From: Candidatus Kapaibacterium sp.
Lineage (GTDB): Bacteria; Bacteroidota; Ignavibacteria; Kapaibacteriales; HRBIN21
Direction of reading: 5' to 3'
NCBI GenBank assembly: GCA_938084565.1
Contig: CALKEU010000005.1
Span: 5,715 to 69,714, forward strand
DNA length: 64,000 nucleotides
Below the pieces are notes generated by a model. The model was not told the DNA's origin. It saw only the letters and a list, made by a program, of their open reading frames with translations, and ran no database searches. Position numbers and translations under genes: made by a program. Positions 60,386-64,000 of this stretch are shown here, in pieces. Position 1 is the stretch's first letter, and every line of letters begins with the position of its first letter.

Positions 60386-62516
60386 AGTTCCAACGTAGTT
60401 CGGCGCGCACGAACCATTGCCGCCCGAATAGGTGAGGAAGAAAGCGCGGCAGGAGGACGTCAGTGAGATTGCGCCCGCCAAGGCTTACGGAGAGCGTTAC
60501 CGCATCGAAGAACCAGAATTGGGTCAGCCAGGCACTCAGTTCCCAAAAGCCGGGCACATACTCATCGTCTCGATCGAGGATGCGTCGGGGTGGGTTGAGC
60601 ACAGCGATGCCGTTACGATCGAGAGCTTCCTCGCCGAAGCGGCTGCGGTAGAAGGAGCGCAGGGTCAGCGTTGTCTTGGAGGGGGCGAAGTGGAGCTGTA
60701 GGGTGCCCGAGAAAGTATGTCGAGAGCGGCCCCAGAGTCCCCCGTAGTCACGGCGCTGCAAAGGGGTAAAACGCCCTGTGGAAGGATCCTGGGTTCCGGC
60801 TCGCCCTGCTGCAATGGCATCGAGGACGTCCAGATCGACGGCATCGAGCAATTGCCAGGCAGCATGGAGATCCATGCGCCAGTAGGGATGGGGATGCAAC
60901 TGCCCCTGGAGACTCATTTCGAGACCACGGGTAGCAATCCGGGCCAAGTTGCGATAGGAATAAATGTCAAGCCCCTCAGTCCGCCCAACGTAGAAGGGTT
61001 CGATCAGATTGCGCACCCAGTTGGCGAAGAGGCGTGCCTCTACAATACACTCCGATATCCACGGCAGCCATTGCTCTAGGGTAAGCTGAGCGCTTGCATC
61101 GACGGCCAGCGAACGTTCGGGCTGAAGTTCATAGCCTCGTCTGCGGGCTCCTATGAGCGCATAGCCAGCCCCTTCGAGACGGTTCGTGAAGGTGACGAAG
61201 AGCTGCCGGAAGTCGGGCGCACGAAAGCCACTGCCGGCGGAGACACGCACCTGAAACCCTGAATGTCCCAGAGGACGGACAAGGAAGGCTATCTTTGGAC
61301 TCCAATGCTCGCCGTAGGCGGAGGGTCGATCCCAGCGTAAGCTGAGGGCATAACTGAACCACGTGTAGGGGATCCCCTCCCATTGGAGGAATGCCGCGGC
61401 AGTCCGAGTCGTCGGCCGGTCGGGGTAGCGTGTACCGGCTATATCTTCGTAGAGAAGCTCTCCGCCGAGCGCCAAGCGATAGCGCTCACTCCAGAGCACG
61501 TCGTACTGGGACCACAGTCGCGCCAGACGCTGTCGAAAGTCATCATTACTGCTAGCCGTTGGCGTCGGTGGAACATCCCAGTTGTAGAGCTCTCCGTACT
61601 GATTGCCGAAAAGGCCGAGCTGAAATCGCGCTCGGCCTCTGGTCCAGGAGGCCGTGAGCGACGTGCTCCACTCCCGCTGGCGAAAGACCCCATGGTTGAC
61701 TGCTAGTTGGTTCCCATAGCTTTCGGCAAAAGCGCCATGGGTTCGGCTCTGGAAAAGGCGTCCGTCGGCCTCGAGCCGCCAGTGGGCTGCGGGGTGCCAG
61801 TAGGCTGAACTCCCTAGAGCAAACTCTGTTCGGCCTGGATAGGGGAAGAGGGTCGTGTCGGCCACCAGCTCAAAGGGACTCGAGCGACGAAGGAAACCGT
61901 AGAGCTGAAATGCCACGCTGGACGTGCCATACCCAATGCGCCCATGGAGCTCAGAACCCTGGCGGCTCAAGTATTGGCTCTGGAAGCTACCTGTCCAACC
62001 GCGCTGCGGGCGTACCGTGAGGAGATTGACAACCCCACCGAGGGCTGTGCTCCCGTATAGGCTCGACATTGGCCCCTTGACGATCTCTATGCGCTCGATG
62101 TCCCCCAGGGGTAGACGTTGTAAGTCGATAACCCCTGCTACACGACCAGTCAACGGCTGGCCATTGAGCAGAATGAGTGTGTAAGCCGGGTCTAGCCCCA
62201 TCATCTGAATGCCGCTCCGCAGCCGATACTGCTGGACGATGCCAGCCGAGGTTTCGAGTAATTCCGCCGCTGTCAGCTGTCCAGCTATCGTAGTCGGGGT
62301 TAGCTGTAGGACCTCGACGCGTACCGGAGCATACTCGACCGTGACGGGATTGCGGCTTCCAGTGACGACGACCGTTGGGGTTCGATAGACGTGCAGACTA
62401 TCTTCCCGGGGAAAGGGTGTAGGCTGCTGTGCTTGGAGGAGGCTCCCCCCACTGAGTACGCACGTCAGGACGGAGCACCGGAGATAGAGCCACCACAGGG
62501 TCTCTCTCATTTGCAT
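60348..62516 (-). CDS. TonB-dependent receptor (iron/heme or corrinoid class)
   Basis: VVVTGSR TonB-box region, IERIEIVKGPMSSLYGSTALGGVVN, GFRAPDF, LQPE. Divergent from fur. Confidence 0.92.
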   Translation of the reverse strand: MQMRETLWWLYLRCSVLTCVLSGGSLLQAQQPTPFPREDSLHVYRTPTVVVTGSRNPVTVEYAPVRVEVLQLTPTTIAGQLTAAELLETSAGIVQQYRLRSGIQMMGLDPAYTLILLNGQPLTGRVAGVIDLQRLPLGDIERIEIVKGPMSSLYGSTALGGVVNLLTVRPQRGWTGSFQSQYLSRQGSELHGRIGYGTSSVAFQLYGFLRRSSPFELVADTTLFPYPGRTEFALGSSAYWHPAAHWRLEADGRLFQSRTHGAFAESYGNQLAVNHGVFRQREWSTSLTASWTRGRARFQLGLFGNQYGELYNWDVPPTPTASSNDDFRQRLARLWSQYDVLWSERYRLALGGELLYEDIAGTRYPDRPTTRTAAAFLQWEGIPYTWFSYALSLRWDRPSAYGEHWSPKIAFLVRPLGHSGFQVRVSAGSGFRAPDFRQLFVTFTNRLEGAGYALIGARRRGYELQPERSLAVDASAQLTLEQWLPWISECIVEARLFANWVRNLIEPFYVGRTEGLDIYSYRNLARIATRGLEMSLQGQLHPHPYWRMDLHAAWQLLDAVDLDVLDAIAAGRAGTQDPSTGRFTPLQRRDYGGLWGRSRHTFSGTLQLHFAPSKTTLTLRSFYRSRFGEEALDRNGIAVLNPPRRILDRDDEYVPGFWELSAWLTQFWFFDAVTLSVSLGGRNLTDVLLPRFLPHLFGRQWFVRAELRWNSSARSPTAVPAP

Positions 62517-62625
62517 AGGATTCCGAAGCTATGGCCTACAAATTTCGCTAGACTGCACGAAACTAAGAATCGGCTTCCGCCCGGCGTGGATACGGCCACC
62601 CGCGTGCGGCTCGGACCGGTTTGTG

Positions 62626-62633
62626 TATATTTG
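62626..62633 (+). promoter_or_regulatory. -7 promoter element (TATATTTG) for fur
   Basis: TAnnTTTG match about 25 nt upstream of the fur start. Confidence 0.55.
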
Positions 62634-62657
62634 TTCTCGGTCTGAATTGCGGAAGCA

Positions 62658-63143
62658 GTGATGGAGACGGCCGAGCGCGTGGATGTGGAGCAGCTCAAGG
62701 AGCGCTTTGCCACCTTCTTGCAGGAGCAGCGCTACCGGAATACGGCGGAGCGGATGCGCATTTTAGAATGTGTTGTGGAGATGCCGAAGCATTTCTCAGC
62801 CGATGAGCTCTACGTGTACATGCGTACGCATGGTGAGAAGGTATCGCGGGCCACAATTTACTCGACGCTCGAGCTCTTGCGGCGGTGTGGACTCGTGGTG
62901 GGCCATCGTTTCGAAGGTGGCAGTACGAAGTACGAGCTTGCGGTGCGGCTTCCGAATCACGATCACCTCCTCTGCACCGATTGTGGGCGCATAGTGGAGT
63001 TTTGTGCTCCGCAGCTCCAGGAGCTTGTGGAGCAGATTAGTCAGCAGTACGCGCTGCGGGCGGTGCGGCATTCACTGCAGATTTTCGCTCAGTGCCCTGA
63101 GTTTGGACGCTGTCCCTATCAGAGGGAGCTTGCTGCGCAATAG
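62658..63143 (+). CDS. fur: Fur-family transcriptional regulator
   Basis: HFSADE, VSRATIY, HDHLLCTDCGRIVEF. Confidence 0.9.
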   Translation: MMETAERVDVEQLKERFATFLQEQRYRNTAERMRILECVVEMPKHFSADELYVYMRTHGEKVSRATIYSTLELLRRCGLVVGHRFEGGSTKYELAVRLPNHDHLLCTDCGRIVEFCAPQLQELVEQISQQYALRAVRHSLQIFAQCPEFGRCPYQRELAAQ

Positions 63144-63203
63144 CTGGGCAAGCCCATTCGTCGTCGAGTTCGAGGTGTACACGAACCAAAATACGGTGCG
63201 GCC

Positions 63204-64000
63204 ATGTACGGCAATTTGAGCATTGTTGAGCCCCTCCGTGGAGTGGAGCAAGAGGATCCGGAAAAGCTCGCTGAGTTTGAGGAGCGCATTGCTCGAGGCG
63301 AAAAGATTGAGCCGCACGATTGGATGCCCCGCGAGTACCGCCGCCAGGTGCTGCGCATGGTCGAGCAGCATGCTCATTCGGAGATCATCGGTGCTCTGCC
63401 GGAGGGGACCTGGATTACCCGGGCACCTGGCTTTCATCGGAAGCTTGCTCTCATGGCGAAAGTTCAAGATGAGGTCGGACATGCCCAGCTGCTCTATAGC
63501 GCTGCCGAAACGTTAGGCAAGCCGCGGGAGCAGATGATCAACGATCTCCTCAGTGGCAAGGCCAAGTACTCCAACGTCTTCAACTATCCAGCGCTGACAT
63601 GGGCCGATACGGCTATCATTGCGTGGCTCATCGATGCCGGGGCCATCATCAATCAGACGCTCAACAGTAAGGGATCCTACGGCCCCTATGTCCGGGCGCT
63701 CGAGCGGATCTGCAAGGAGGAGGCCTTCCACCTCAAGTATGGCTATGACAATGTTGTCACGCTAGCCAGCGGAACGAAGCGGCAGCGGCAGATGCTGCAG
63801 GAAGCCCTCAACCGGTGGTGGAAGCCCATTATGCACTTCTTCGGTCCGCCGGACCATATGTCCATCCATAGTGAGAAGCTCTTGCGCTGGAAAGTCAAGA
63901 TGGCCAGCAACGATGAGATGCGTCAGATGTTCCTCGATGCTTATGTGCCCAAGATCTGGGAGCTGGGGCTGAGCATTCCGGACCCGAACCTCCGCAAGGA
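63204..64000 (+). CDS. paaA: 1,2-phenylacetyl-CoA epoxidase subunit A (runs off the window edge)
   Basis: Manual translation gives KIEPHDWMP...[21 protein letters not shown]...[14 protein letters not shown]...ICKEEAFH. Confidence 0.95.
   Translation, partial: MYGNLSIVEPLRGVEQEDPEKLAEFEERIARGEKIEPHDWMPREYRRQVLRMVEQHAHSEIIGALPEGTWITRAPGFHRKLALMAKVQDEVGHAQLLYSAAETLGKPREQMINDLLSGKAKYSNVFNYPALTWADTAIIAWLIDAGAIINQTLNSKGSYGPYVRALERICKEEAFHLKYGYDNVVTLASGTKRQRQMLQEALNRWWKPIMHFFGPPDHMSIHSEKLLRWKVKMASNDEMRQMFLDAYVPKIWELGLSIPDPNLRK

Noticed and set aside
1..64000. CRISPR arrays, tRNA/rRNA, IS elements, prophage or defence islands
   Set aside because: No regularly spaced repeats, cloverleafs, transposase/integrase motifs or obvious compositional shifts seen. 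Intergenic gaps are short, apart from the one holding the riboswitch.

Overview
A gene-dense, GC-rich bacterial chromosomal segment. Several features point to the Bacteroidota/Chlorobiota (FCB) group: TonB-dependent receptors, five proteins with T9SS-like C-terminal domains, the ileS-dksA-lspA gene order and recurrent TAnnTTTG promoter elements. A Kapabacteria/Ignavibacteria-like lineage is my inference. Most genes are housekeeping or metabolic: gcvT, paaN, paaA, tsaB, murQ, ileS, lspA, ptsH/ptsI, purK, riboflavin synthase, an AddB-like nuclease, a Lon-like protease, rpe, fur and an RND efflux operon. I saw no tRNA, rRNA, CRISPR array or mobile element. Four features stand out. (1) A formate/nitrite-channel + CuA subunit II + heme-copper subunit I + SCO operon in which the active-site Tyr is replaced by Asn, i.e. 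a putative sNOR-type NO reductase module. (2) A complete cobalamin riboswitch controlling a lone BtuG-like beta-propeller that carries a T9SS-type C-terminus instead of a lipobox. (3) A cytochrome c maturation cluster with apparently three CcmE-like OB-fold domains: one inserted inside CcmC, one canonical CxxxY CcmE and one paralog with no heme-binding motif. (4) A clean half-ClpB (N-domain + NBD1 only) overlapping murQ. All calls come from motif recognition by eye; no searches were run.
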